DNA from: a virus | Lineage: Duplodnaviria; Caudoviricetes | Reading direction: 5' to 3' (one strand) | DNA length: 38,910 bases | Virus record (IMG/VR): IMGVR_UViG_3300044844_000082 | Coordinates: 1-38,910 of that record | Shown here: positions 27,767 through 37,142 of the stretch, piece by piece | How the letters are laid out: every line of letters begins with the position of its first letter | Numbering within the stretch: position 1 is the first letter of the stretch | Program-made: the position numbers and the translations under genes | The notes under the pieces: model-generated | Seen by the model: the letters and a program-made list of their open reading frames with translations, nothing else | Databases searched by the model: none | What the model was told of the DNA's origin: nothing

Positions 27767-30700
27767 TCAAAGCAACGACAAGAGGTTAGACAAGTTTACG
27801 CCACCAGCTATAAACTGTAGCAAACGATTTCTAGTTGCATCAACTGTTGTGGTGACAGTAGTAGTATTACTTGCGGCAGTCAAACCTATTGTTCCTGAAA
27901 CTCTTTGTGCTTCGGTCAAACTTTGTTGCGCTGTTGCTGCAACTGAGCTTTGAACTGTTTGAGTGTCTCCTGTACTCCAAGAAGTAGTAGTTGTTGATGG
28001 TCCAATAATTGGTGTCGAACTTACTAATCTACCCCAAGCATCATAAACTAGACTTGATGCAGTTCCTGTGATTACCGTGGTTCTAGAAACGTCTGTTCTA
28101 GTTCTCCAAGCACCCCATTGAGTGCCGAAAGGACTTGCAGCGAATTCTTTCCATGGTGCAGTCATATCAACTGTCATATTAACTGACGCTGTTTGGTTGA
28201 TGTCAATGTTATTATCATATGAAGGTATTAATTGCGCCTGACCGTTCCAAGCGTATGCAACTAATGCAGAAGAACGATATTTGGTTGCAAATCTTTGTGA
28301 TATGAATGACACAGAATCATACTGAAGTGTTATCAATCTACCAGTTTGAACAACATTTGAAGAAGCTGCAGAATTGAAACGAATATTAACAATTTCTCTT
28401 GTGATTCTTGGTCTTGCTACACCAATATCAGAATCAATTGCAATAGCAAATTCTGGATTAGATACATCACTTAGACCGAAATCAGTAAACGGATCAACGA
28501 AGATACCATTTTTGAATCTATCAAGACCATAACTATCTGTTACAGTTAGATCCTTGGCCTTTTTTTCTAATAGAGAAAGCTGTGCATAATACTCTAGATT
28601 TGTAATTCTGTTATCTAGGGTGCCAATATCCTTCATGGTATATCTGCGATTAGTTACAAGGCTACTGGTTACAGCAGTAGAAGTATCTCTAATTAGATTT
28701 ACAGCGTTCTGATTGATTGACTGGAATTCATCAATCTGGTCACCAGAAAGAGAAGGATAAGCAGGAACATTTAATACAGCCAAAGCCATTGCATTTTCTG
28801 GATACAACGGAGTCTGTGGGCTGATACTTGATACGCCTTCCTTTACTTTCAAAGTGTTTTCTGGTGTCATTAACAACAGATCTTTTCTTGGCAAATACAT
28901 GGTATAGTCAGCTTCTAGATTCTTACCATATGTTGGGAAATTCAACCCATCAATTGGTATATTAAGAGAAACTGTTGAAGAAGGATTCAAAGTTGCATAA
29001 GAAACCGCAGTATTAATCAATGCAGCGTTTGATAGGTTTGTGATAATACCAGTATCGTTAGCTGTGATAGCACAAGGTGTTCTGAAATCTACAACATCTC
29101 TTAGATAAATTCTAGAACCAGTAGAAGCCACATAAAGCGGAATGTCTTTAGTTTGGATGGCGCTTGTATTAGCTGTATTAGCATCGTCAACGGGATAAGA
29201 TTCAACAGTGAAGAATCCAACGCCAGCTGAAGTGCTAGCAGCAAAATAATCAAGTTCGACCAATAGATATGGGTAGCTAGACTGACTATAACTAGATTTA
29301 GCGTAAATATAAGCTAGACCGTAATGAGTGTCTTGCTGACCTGTATCATAACTGAAATTGGATGTTAGATCTACAGCAATGATACCATTAGCGTTTGTAA
29401 AGCTAGTAGTTGCTGAACCGTAAATTTTACGAACTCTATGAACGTCACTGTATCCAAGGCACCATGGCCCCTTTGGATTTGTTGCAGTGTTTATCTTTAC
29501 GTATCTATTTTTACGTATGGCCTTTGAAGCTGGGTTAGCAACAGTTCTCTGCATATTAAATGAAACTTCTACACCTACTGTAGCGCTTGGGAATTCGCCT
29601 GAGTAAACGTTGAACGAAGTTGTATTTGTTACAGTAACGTATGCGTTTGGACCAACAGTTGATCTTGCAATCTGAAGAACTTTGCCCTTTGGATATCTCT
29701 TGTAATAAGTTTGACCAGCAGCATTTGCACTGAATGCAGCATCAACGTTAAGGAATGTAGCATTAGTTACACTTGTTACAGTTCTTACATCACTGGCACC
29801 AACTCTAATATTATCTCCTGGCTTGAAGTTTGTAGTAAAGGTAGTGCTAGAACCAACAACGTTTGTTGAGGTATTATATACTGTTACATTACCAGTCAGC
29901 GCAGAAGAATCTGCATTAGCTGAGAATGTAACAACAATTTCAGAAGCAGAAGAATCGGATAGAGTTGTACTTGAACCGTATGTTAATATGTCAGAACCAC
30001 CAGCCTGAGAACCAGGAGCTCTAACAACAATCAGACCAGTACTCAACATTTGACATGAAGAGTTTGTGGTTCTATATGTGTAATCAGTGTTGATAATATT
30101 TCCAGCGTCTCTTAGGTTCTTAATACCAGGAACGCCGAAACTATAAAGTTGCATCTTATTCTGAGAATCAACAGTGCCATTAGAGACAACGTCGCCAACA
30201 GCCTTATTAGTTCCATCGTAATATATTGATTTGATCTGATTGATGCTGTATCCGCTCAATAGCTGAACATCAAATACATGTAACAAATATTCTGCAGAAG
30301 CAGAACCAACAACGCCTGCATTATATGTGAAACATCTAGCTTTAGCTGTCCCAATGTATGTTCCAGCTGGTGATACTGAAGAATAGGTTCTGTTTGTGAC
30401 AGCTTGTTGAGCCGCAGAATATAGTTTTACTGTCTGTGCTTTGTCTGTTAAAAATGTTCCTGCAACTTCTTTAAGAGCAAAGAAGCTACCATAATTGAAA
30501 CTGATTATCTGCGATTTGTTAACGGTGGTGTCAACACCACGGCGCATATTAATATGAGCAGATTTTAATAGCTCAACTCTGTTACCCTGAGCGTATCCAA
30601 TACCAGGGCTTACTCTGGCTATAACGTTATTAGAACTTGAAGGAGTGATCTCGTTACCCAACACTGACGTCAAAGTATCAACTGTGAAGTTCTTAACGAT

Positions 30701-31654
30701 ATAATTACCAGATTCTTCATATGTTCTAGTAGCTAGAATATCACCAACAATAGAATAAACATTGACTGATGGATTTACTTTGGCAACCAAAGATCCATAA
30801 TTGTAGAAAGCAATAGGGTTAAAATCTTCAGTTAATGATGCTTGTTCTTGTGATAGAGAAACTAGTTTTGGAACCAGTTTTAATCTATGAGCTCCAGGCG
30901 CATTTTCATTAGGATAACCAAGAGCGTTGTCTAGCAGACTAGTATCTTGGGTTTCAGTAACAATTTGTTCCACTAGAGTGAAACCAACTACGTTATTAGA
31001 AGCGTATGTATTGAAGTTGTTGACTAGGCCAAAAGTTTCTTCAGGAACTTTAATAAAGAAACCATTAATAAAGATAATACCATTACTGCAAGTAATACCA
31101 TGAGCCTCGCCAGAAGTATATGTGTCAGTAAGAACGTTTGCCCAAGTATATACATTAGCAAGAGAAACATTACCTTGAGGTGTGACTTGATGGAAAGTAA
31201 GCAGTTCTCCATTAGAGAATACAGTCTCTCCGCCTTCGCCAGTATCAAGATACTTTATATAAAGGATATTATTGTCTGGATAATTGGTAGAAAACCCAGC
31301 ATTAGCATAAAGAACCTTGGCGGTCAAATTACTTGTTACGCTAGTTGCGACAGCGTTAATATATTCAGTAACATCTAGGGTTGCTGTATTAGCAGAACCG
31401 TTTGAAGCAAAATCCATGAGACGAATATAAGGAACTTTTGGAAGATCTGTTACAGTACAACCTTTAACGACGTCTCCGCTTCTCCAAGCCCAGCTACCAA
31501 ATGTTTCAATCTGATTCTGTAAAATAGTCTGTAGTTGTGTCAATTCTCTCGCTTGAACAGCAACAGAAGGACGAAACATAATACGATGATAATTCTTATC
31601 TACATCATAATCGTCGTAATATGGAGCTACGTTAAAATCAGTCTTTAATGGCAT
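27767..31654 (-). CDS. DUF4815/VrlC-like baseplate-associated virion protein, N-terminal part
   Basis: NVAPYYDDY...FRP..AVQARELTQLQTILQNQIE, APGAHRLK, RTYEESGNY, DFR, YLPRKD, NRRYTMKDIG.L..RI.NLEYY..LSLLE and DRFKNGIFVD motifs. Confidence 0.88.
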   Translation of the reverse strand: MPLKTDFNVAPYYDDYDVDKNYHRIMFRPSVAVQARELTQLQTILQNQIETFGSWAWRSGDVVKGCTVTDLPKVPYIRLMDFASNGSANTATLDVTEYINAVATSVTSNLTAKVLYANAGFSTNYPDNNILYIKYLDTGEGGETVFSNGELLTFHQVTPQGNVSLANVYTWANVLTDTYTSGEAHGITCSNGIIFINGFFIKVPEETFGLVNNFNTYASNNVVGFTLVEQIVTETQDTSLLDNALGYPNENAPGAHRLKLVPKLVSLSQEQASLTEDFNPIAFYNYGSLVAKVNPSVNVYSIVGDILATRTYEESGNYIVKNFTVDTLTSVLGNEITPSSSNNVIARVSPGIGYAQGNRVELLKSAHINMRRGVDTTVNKSQIISFNYGSFFALKEVAGTFLTDKAQTVKLYSAAQQAVTNRTYSSVSPAGTYIGTAKARCFTYNAGVVGSASAEYLLHVFDVQLLSGYSINQIKSIYYDGTNKAVGDVVSNGTVDSQNKMQLYSFGVPGIKNLRDAGNIINTDYTYRTTNSSCQMLSTGLIVVRAPGSQAGGSDILTYGSSTTLSDSSASEIVVTFSANADSSALTGNVTVYNTSTNVVGSSTTFTTNFKPGDNIRVGASDVRTVTSVTNATFLNVDAAFSANAAGQTYYKRYPKGKVLQIARSTVGPNAYVTVTNTTSFNVYSGEFPSATVGVEVSFNMQRTVANPASKAIRKNRYVKINTATNPKGPWCLGYSDVHRVRKIYGSATTSFTNANGIIAVDLTSNFSYDTGQQDTHYGLAYIYAKSSYSQSSYPYLLVELDYFAASTSAGVGFFTVESYPVDDANTANTSAIQTKDIPLYVASTGSRIYLRDVVDFRTPCAITANDTGIITNLSNAALINTAVSYATLNPSSTVSLNIPIDGLNFPTYGKNLEADYTMYLPRKDLLLMTPENTLKVKEGVSSISPQTPLYPENAMALAVLNVPAYPSLSGDQIDEFQSINQNAVNLIRDTSTAVTSSLVTNRRYTMKDIGTLDNRITNLEYYAQLSLLEKKAKDLTVTDSYGLDRFKNGIFVDPFTDFGLSDVSNPEFAIAIDSDIGVARPRITREIVNIRFNSAASSNVVQTGRLITLQYDSVSFISQRFATKYRSSALVAYAWNGQAQLIPSYDNNIDINQTASVNMTVDMTAPWKEFAASPFGTQWGAWRTRTDVSRTTVITGTASSLVYDAWGRLVSSTPIIGPSTTTTSWSTGDTQTVQSSVAATAQQSLTEAQRVSGTIGLTAASNTTTVTTTVDATRNRLLQFIAGGVNLSNLLSLL

Positions 31655-31669
31655 TATAAGTTCCTGTTA

Positions 31670-33205
31670 TTAAATCTCAATAACCAGCTTAAAAGATTCT
31701 GTTTGAGAATTGGATCTATTTACGTTATTTATATCTTGGACGTATAACGGTTTTATGTCTTTGGCGTAAATAGAGCCATTATCAATAATGTCTATCTCAG
31801 AGCTTATAGAAGAATCGCTAGATAAAACATATTCCCCGTTTGTGAAAGTTTTGTCGCCTACGACCTTTATTCTTGACGTATTGGCAAAGGCTACGATGCC
31901 ATAAGCATTACTAGTGTTTCCATAAACTCTATCTCCAACAGTGAATAATACAGGATTCAATAAATTTGCTTCTAAAGTTTGACTAAATGTTGCAGAGGTA
32001 TAGGCAACATTACTTTTGGCACCGTTAGCATATAGTCCATATGGATTTTTAATTATACCAACCTTGTTATACAAGATATTATCAGGAATAGTGCTGACCT
32101 CACTATTAGCAAAATGAAAATTGATACCTAATGCTTTTACATTTAGTTCTGAAACTGGGTCGGAACCATGTCCTCCTGGAGGAGGAACAATAGCATAAAC
32201 ATTAACACCAGAACCAACAGAAGATGTAATATATACATTAGCCCAAGAAACATCAGCGCCAATATCAAGCATTACAATATCGCTGATAGAATTAGTGGAA
32301 GTATTTACTAAACTATAAGCGGAAGGTTGTGTGCCTCCATCAGTAACAAACACAACTCTTGGGGAAATTTTATATTGTGTTGCTTCTGGAACGATATTTG
32401 TTGTATTAGCCTCGCCTTCTAAATATACCCATTTACCTACGCTATTAGAAACATAGTTTGAAATCTGGAATATCTGAGAAGTAGTTGCTGTAGTGTTATA
32501 GATATAAATTGCACTATTAGTATAAAACCCAGAAGCATTACTTGCAGTGTTACCAACCTGAACAACAGTACTATTGGCAGAAAGAATGATTCCATCATGA
32601 TAAGTGGAATATCCAGAACCAGCGTTTGATATAGCTACTTTTTCTACACCACAGTAAACATTAGCATATAAAGAAGTTACACTATTTGCATATACTGGAG
32701 CATAATCGTTTGTAGAAAACATCTTATAAACTCTATATGGAACAGAGGTGATGTATTTCCAAACATATCCATCAGATGTTTCGAAAGAAGTTACTTGTGG
32801 TATAGAAGGTTTTACAGTAGAAGGGGAATTGTTAGCATTATCGATACATTTATAAATGTCATAAGTCCCGCCAGTATAATCTGGAGGCGATATTACATAA
32901 AATTTATTATTTGAGTATAGATCTGCATCGTTGTTATCATACATTCTATAAACATAACCATTGGCCCAAATATTATTGTCCACCAAAGGTGCAAAATTTG
33001 ATATTATTAATTTTTTACCAAACAACATTAACCAATCTGATTCAAATTGGGTGTTATAATCGTCAGCAGTAGTGTTAGAAAGCGGTCCAACTCTTTCTAT
33101 AGGATTAGAAGCGACAGCGTAATAATATGAAGTGTTTGATTTAACATTATCAAGCATTTCATCTATTAGAGCCTTTCTATAAAAAGGTTGTAATACTCCA
33201 GACAT
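31670..33205 (-). CDS. gp8: Baseplate wedge subunit, T4 gp8-like
   Basis: IYKCIDN...STVKP...TSDGYVWKY, PPGGHG.DPV.EL, GIIKNP and R..SQTE..KLVIE motifs. Confidence 0.88.
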   Translation of the reverse strand: MSGVLQPFYRKALIDEMLDNVKSNTSYYYAVASNPIERVGPLSNTTADDYNTQFESDWLMLFGKKLIISNFAPLVDNNIWANGYVYRMYDNNDADLYSNNKFYVISPPDYTGGTYDIYKCIDNANNSPSTVKPSIPQVTSFETSDGYVWKYITSVPYRVYKMFSTNDYAPVYANSVTSLYANVYCGVEKVAISNAGSGYSTYHDGIILSANSTVVQVGNTASNASGFYTNSAIYIYNTTATTSQIFQISNYVSNSVGKWVYLEGEANTTNIVPEATQYKISPRVVFVTDGGTQPSAYSLVNTSTNSISDIVMLDIGADVSWANVYITSSVGSGVNVYAIVPPPGGHGSDPVSELNVKALGINFHFANSEVSTIPDNILYNKVGIIKNPYGLYANGAKSNVAYTSATFSQTLEANLLNPVLFTVGDRVYGNTSNAYGIVAFANTSRIKVVGDKTFTNGEYVLSSDSSISSEIDIIDNGSIYAKDIKPLYVQDINNVNRSNSQTESFKLVIEI

Positions 33206-33214
33206 TTAAATACC

Positions 33215-33799
33215 TTATCTTCCTATTGCTACGTAATATACGTTAATAGCTGTTGTGTTTGATGTTCTAATTACTGCTACTGATGTATTTGTTAGTGTTA
33301 CAGCTGCACTATATGTAGCTCCAATAGTATTAGATGTTGCTGTCACTACGTAACAGGCAGTAGCAAACGCAGAAGAAAATGTAGCATTTCCTACGCTATC
33401 ATTAGCAAACACATATCCATAGTTCATTTTAAACCCATTCGGAAGATATGTATAACCGTTTGCAGCGGCGGTGTATGTACCAACATTAATGGTGTTTGAG
33501 ATACACTTTACAGTATTGGCTGATACAGTTCCACCATTGGCCCAAAACCCAGTGGTATTAGCCACAGCGTTAACTGCTGTAGTACCGACACGGATCGTAG
33601 AACCGTTATTACCGAATGCCAAAGAGGTAGAGTTCACAAAAACGTTTACTGAAGAGTTACCGACTGTGATCGCTGTATTAACAACCGGATTGGTATAAAG
33701 TTCTAAAAAGTTATCATTGATGATAACCATAGCATCTCTAAGTGGAGTGCCAGTTCCATCATTTGGGCTACTTCCCACGTTAACTACTTGTCTTGCCAA
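33215..33799 (-). CDS. Short baseplate/fibre protein: gp9/gp10-type N-terminal trimerisation motif plus a small fibre-tip domain (TTG start)
   Basis: VNVGSSPNDGTGTPLRDAM..INDNF.ELY at the N-terminus; NGYTYLPNGF...G...F..AF...YYVAIG at the C-terminus. Confidence 0.75.
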   Translation of the reverse strand: MARQVVNVGSSPNDGTGTPLRDAMVIINDNFLELYTNPVVNTAITVGNSSVNVFVNSTSLAFGNNGSTIRVGTTAVNAVANTTGFWANGGTVSANTVKCISNTINVGTYTAAANGYTYLPNGFKMNYGYVFANDSVGNATFSSAFATACYVVTATSNTIGATYSAAVTLTNTSVAVIRTSNTTAINVYYVAIGR

Positions 33800-33820
33800 T
33801 TTAAATCCCCTATGACTAAA

Positions 33821-36800
33821 TTAAGATGGTAAATCTTCTGATATTCTATCGGAAGTTATTGTTCTGTTGTCTGAATATGTTGTATTTATATCAGCCCCAA
33901 AATAATTGTTAGCGAACACATATTGGTCCACGGTCAAAATTACACCTGGTAAAGTAGTGCCGTTTGGTAGTTCCTCGTAATAAACATCAGCGCTGACCCT
34001 GTGATCTAAAATATCACAGGTTATATAAAGAGGCCAAGAAGTATTTGCAACAGCGTCATAATTCAGTTCTATTGCGCTGGGTAGAACAAACGGCTGAAGC
34101 TCATATCTTCCGAATAGAGCAGATCCAGCTGTATGGAATGTTGAATAGAAAATATCTTTATATGTTTCTAAACTTAAACCAGTTCTTATTTCATAAGAAT
34201 AATCTTGATAAAAATAGCTATCTTGGATGACTTTATCAGAATTCAAAAGACTGTCAGTTGTAGCCCAATAACCAATACCTCTACCAATACCACCTTTTCT
34301 TACTAGTCCTCTAATTTCATTAGCTGTGTCGAATGGTATATATTTGGTAGATAGAATAGCGCCGTTTGCTGCACTGTTCACGGATCTGATTGTCATTTCA
34401 GGTAGTGAATTATAACCAACGCCGCCATACCAAGCGCCTTCAGAAGTATTAACTGAAACAACATTGCCTTGAGAATTTGTTAGAATAGAACCTCTTGCTG
34501 GGTTTTCTGTAACGCCTCCAGTGAAAACAATGGTATCACCGTTAACATATCCTCTACCAGCTTTAACAACTGTTGGGACTTGTAGAATTCCATAACGATA
34601 AGCATGAACAGATTCACCCTCAACGTAACCCTTTCCGGAATTAATAGCAGTAACTTTTTCTACGATATTATTACCACTAGAGTTCAGAGCTTCAATATTA
34701 TCATTTATGCCATTAATTGTGCCATCTAGTCTTTTCATAATATTAGCTAGATTAGTGTAATCTAAAGTACTATATGTGTAAGATAGAATACTGAAAATAA
34801 CAGAATTACCAGTTGTCTTATTTCTACCAGAATATTCAGAATCGTCAAACTGCGCTGGCATAATAACAACAGATCTACCATACAAAGAACTAGAAGTAGA
34901 ACTATTATTTGTGAAACCATACAATTGTATTGAAACATCGCTTATTATGTTTCTGATAACAGCCAACTCTAAAGTGTTTGCATTTGAGCTATTTGCTTGA
35001 AGATAGATAATATCGTCGTTGGCAAAATATTTACTGAATTTGGCTGTTTTGATAAAATGTTTTTCTGCAGCAACAGAAGACCCTGTATATATTTGAATTA
35101 CCGGACCACCAGCTGAATTACTTAAAGTAATAGCTGATGAATTGGTAGTCTTAATATAAAGCACAGAATTTGCTGATAGATTAGCTATGGCTGTATTACC
35201 AGCCGGAACGTCGTAATATACTCTATCGTTGACTGCAAAATACAAATCAGCATTTGCTATTTTGAACGCATAACTAGTATTATTAATCGATGTAGTATTA
35301 GCATAAACTGATGTTATAAATCCATTAACGTATGGATAAGTGTTACGTAAAGTATCGTTTAATAAGTAATGAGTTTCACCAGCCAATATAACACTAGTTG
35401 ATATTTCAATAGGATCTGAGTTACCAGTAAATGTATCGCTTAATGTTATTGCAGTAGAATTAGAACTTTCAACGTAATAAAAAGAATTTGGCGTGAGACC
35501 AATTATACCTGTATTTCCGCTAGGAACTAGGTAATAAACGTAATCGTCTGGGTAAAAATATGTATTGGCATTTGTTAACAGAATAGAATAGGCTGAATTA
35601 TTTACTGAAGTAGTATTTGCATAAAAACTTGTTGTCAAAGCCTTTGTTATGAAAGAATGTCTTTCTGTAGTATTAGCAGCAACAGCAGTAGTAATACTTA
35701 ATTCAGCGCCGCCCTGTGTTGCGCTCAATGTAATACCAATTGAGTTAGTTGTTTTTACATAATATCTAGTATTTGCTGTCAATCCGGTTATTGCTGTATT
35801 ACCTGCTGGAACAATATAATCAACATAAGCATTAGCGTCATAATGTTTTAAAGCATTAGGTATAAGAATTACATTACTAGAAATATAAGAAGTATTGACA
35901 TATACTTGACTAGAATACGCATTAACAAAATCGTTGCTATTATACCAAGTCAATTTACCTGGAATATTTTTAGACATAAAAGTTGATCTAACGAATACGT
36001 TTGCGGGCGCAATATATCCGTTACCAGCCAAAACGTTTGTAAGGGCTGCAATTCTTCCGAAGCTATTAGTTTCGTAACTAAAACACTCATCTAATGTGGA
36101 AGAAGCATTAGCGTTTGGGTATTTGTAGAACCCATAAATTTCGTTTAATTGAAGGTCTTGATAATCTAGAAATAAATCAGTATTATATGTCAAAGACTTT
36201 ACGTCAGCCAATTTAATATTAAAACTAGCGCCCTGACCTGTTTGATCTAATATATTTTTATATAAAAAGATAGCAGCATTAGCAGCAAAGCCAAACCCAC
36301 CGTTCTTAATATTAAAGTTAAGAGAACCATAACCACGAAACAAGGATGTAACAACTATTAATCCTTGATCGCCGAACGAATCAACTTCATTAGTATCTGG
36401 ATCTTTATATGCTATTTTTAAAATGTCACCAACGTTAAATGAATTTCCACTGTTGAAAACATCTAATCTATCAAGAGAGCCTAGAATTGTTGGGGATAGA
36501 CCAATCAAATTAGAATCTGTTTTATATCTCTCATCAACTATTTTTTCAGCAACGATGAAGTCTCCGCCTTTTGGAGCAACATGGTTAATATACATAACAT
36601 ATATTTCATTTTTGTTGAAATGTTCTTTTACAATTCTTTCAACTACTGCTGTAGTATGAGAAGAAATGCCGTATATTGTTTTACCAATCAGATCCTCTAA
36701 TACAGGACTCCAAGTTACTTCTAGGTATTTTGGTTCAACCCATTTACCGTCAGAAACTCTTAAAACATCTTGGCCTGGTAAGTAAATATCTACGTTTTCA

Positions 36801-37141
36801 TTATAAACCAATTTAAATAATAGTTTATAACCTTGTATAGTTCCTTTAGAACGATAAACGTCTAGAATATGTTTTAATAGAAATCTTTTATTAGCAATGA
36901 TATTAAACGGAATGCCGTAAAGATATTTTTTCTGAAAATACTCCAGAAATCTTTCAATGGTAGTGTCAATATCTCTATATTCAAATAATTCTCTAGCTTC
37001 TTTAATTGGCTGGCCTTCTTGTTCCATCCACTCAAAGTAAGTCTTTACGAACAAAATGAAGTTTTCACCCTCTTCTTGGTAGAATTGGGGGAACTGATTT
37101 TGAACAAAATTCGAGATTGTTTTTTCTATTGTTAAATCCAT
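33821..37141 (-). CDS. gp7: Baseplate wedge initiator, T4 gp7-like, with inserted repeats
   Basis: QFPQFY...F..FVK.Y.EW, YRSKGT..GY..LF, SDGKW, IQDSYFYQDYSYEI and H.AG..LFG motifs; position between gp6 and gp8. Confidence 0.75.
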   Translation of the reverse strand: MDLTIEKTISNFVQNQFPQFYQEEGENFILFVKTYFEWMEQEGQPIKEARELFEYRDIDTTIERFLEYFQKKYLYGIPFNIIANKRFLLKHILDVYRSKGTIQGYKLLFKLVYNENVDIYLPGQDVLRVSDGKWVEPKYLEVTWSPVLEDLIGKTIYGISSHTTAVVERIVKEHFNKNEIYVMYINHVAPKGGDFIVAEKIVDERYKTDSNLIGLSPTILGSLDRLDVFNSGNSFNVGDILKIAYKDPDTNEVDSFGDQGLIVVTSLFRGYGSLNFNIKNGGFGFAANAAIFLYKNILDQTGQGASFNIKLADVKSLTYNTDLFLDYQDLQLNEIYGFYKYPNANASSTLDECFSYETNSFGRIAALTNVLAGNGYIAPANVFVRSTFMSKNIPGKLTWYNSNDFVNAYSSQVYVNTSYISSNVILIPNALKHYDANAYVDYIVPAGNTAITGLTANTRYYVKTTNSIGITLSATQGGAELSITTAVAANTTERHSFITKALTTSFYANTTSVNNSAYSILLTNANTYFYPDDYVYYLVPSGNTGIIGLTPNSFYYVESSNSTAITLSDTFTGNSDPIEISTSVILAGETHYLLNDTLRNTYPYVNGFITSVYANTTSINNTSYAFKIANADLYFAVNDRVYYDVPAGNTAIANLSANSVLYIKTTNSSAITLSNSAGGPVIQIYTGSSVAAEKHFIKTAKFSKYFANDDIIYLQANSSNANTLELAVIRNIISDVSIQLYGFTNNSSTSSSLYGRSVVIMPAQFDDSEYSGRNKTTGNSVIFSILSYTYSTLDYTNLANIMKRLDGTINGINDNIEALNSSGNNIVEKVTAINSGKGYVEGESVHAYRYGILQVPTVVKAGRGYVNGDTIVFTGGVTENPARGSILTNSQGNVVSVNTSEGAWYGGVGYNSLPEMTIRSVNSAANGAILSTKYIPFDTANEIRGLVRKGGIGRGIGYWATTDSLLNSDKVIQDSYFYQDYSYEIRTGLSLETYKDIFYSTFHTAGSALFGRYELQPFVLPSAIELNYDAVANTSWPLYITCDILDHRVSADVYYEELPNGTTLPGVILTVDQYVFANNYFGADINTTYSDNRTITSDRISEDLPS
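35050..35910. repeat. Three ~100-aa repeats inside gp7
   Basis: Y(A/V)NT......I.NA..Y...D.V.Y.VP.GNT.I..L..N..YY....NS..ITLS.T..G....I......E.H consensus occurs three times. Confidence 0.85.
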
Positions 37142-37142
37142 T

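Noticed and set aside
27728-27769. Stop-codon readthrough, alternative genetic code or sequencing error joining the DUF4815 halves
   Set aside because: Three different in-frame stops plus a promoter and RBS lie in the gap, and all other genes read normally in the standard code.
3193-36659. Numerous short plus-strand and alternate-frame ORFs in the track (e.g. 14732..15133, 23226..23579, 26630..26989)
   Set aside because: They lie wholly or largely within well-supported genes and reflect shadow frames of biased, repetitive codons.
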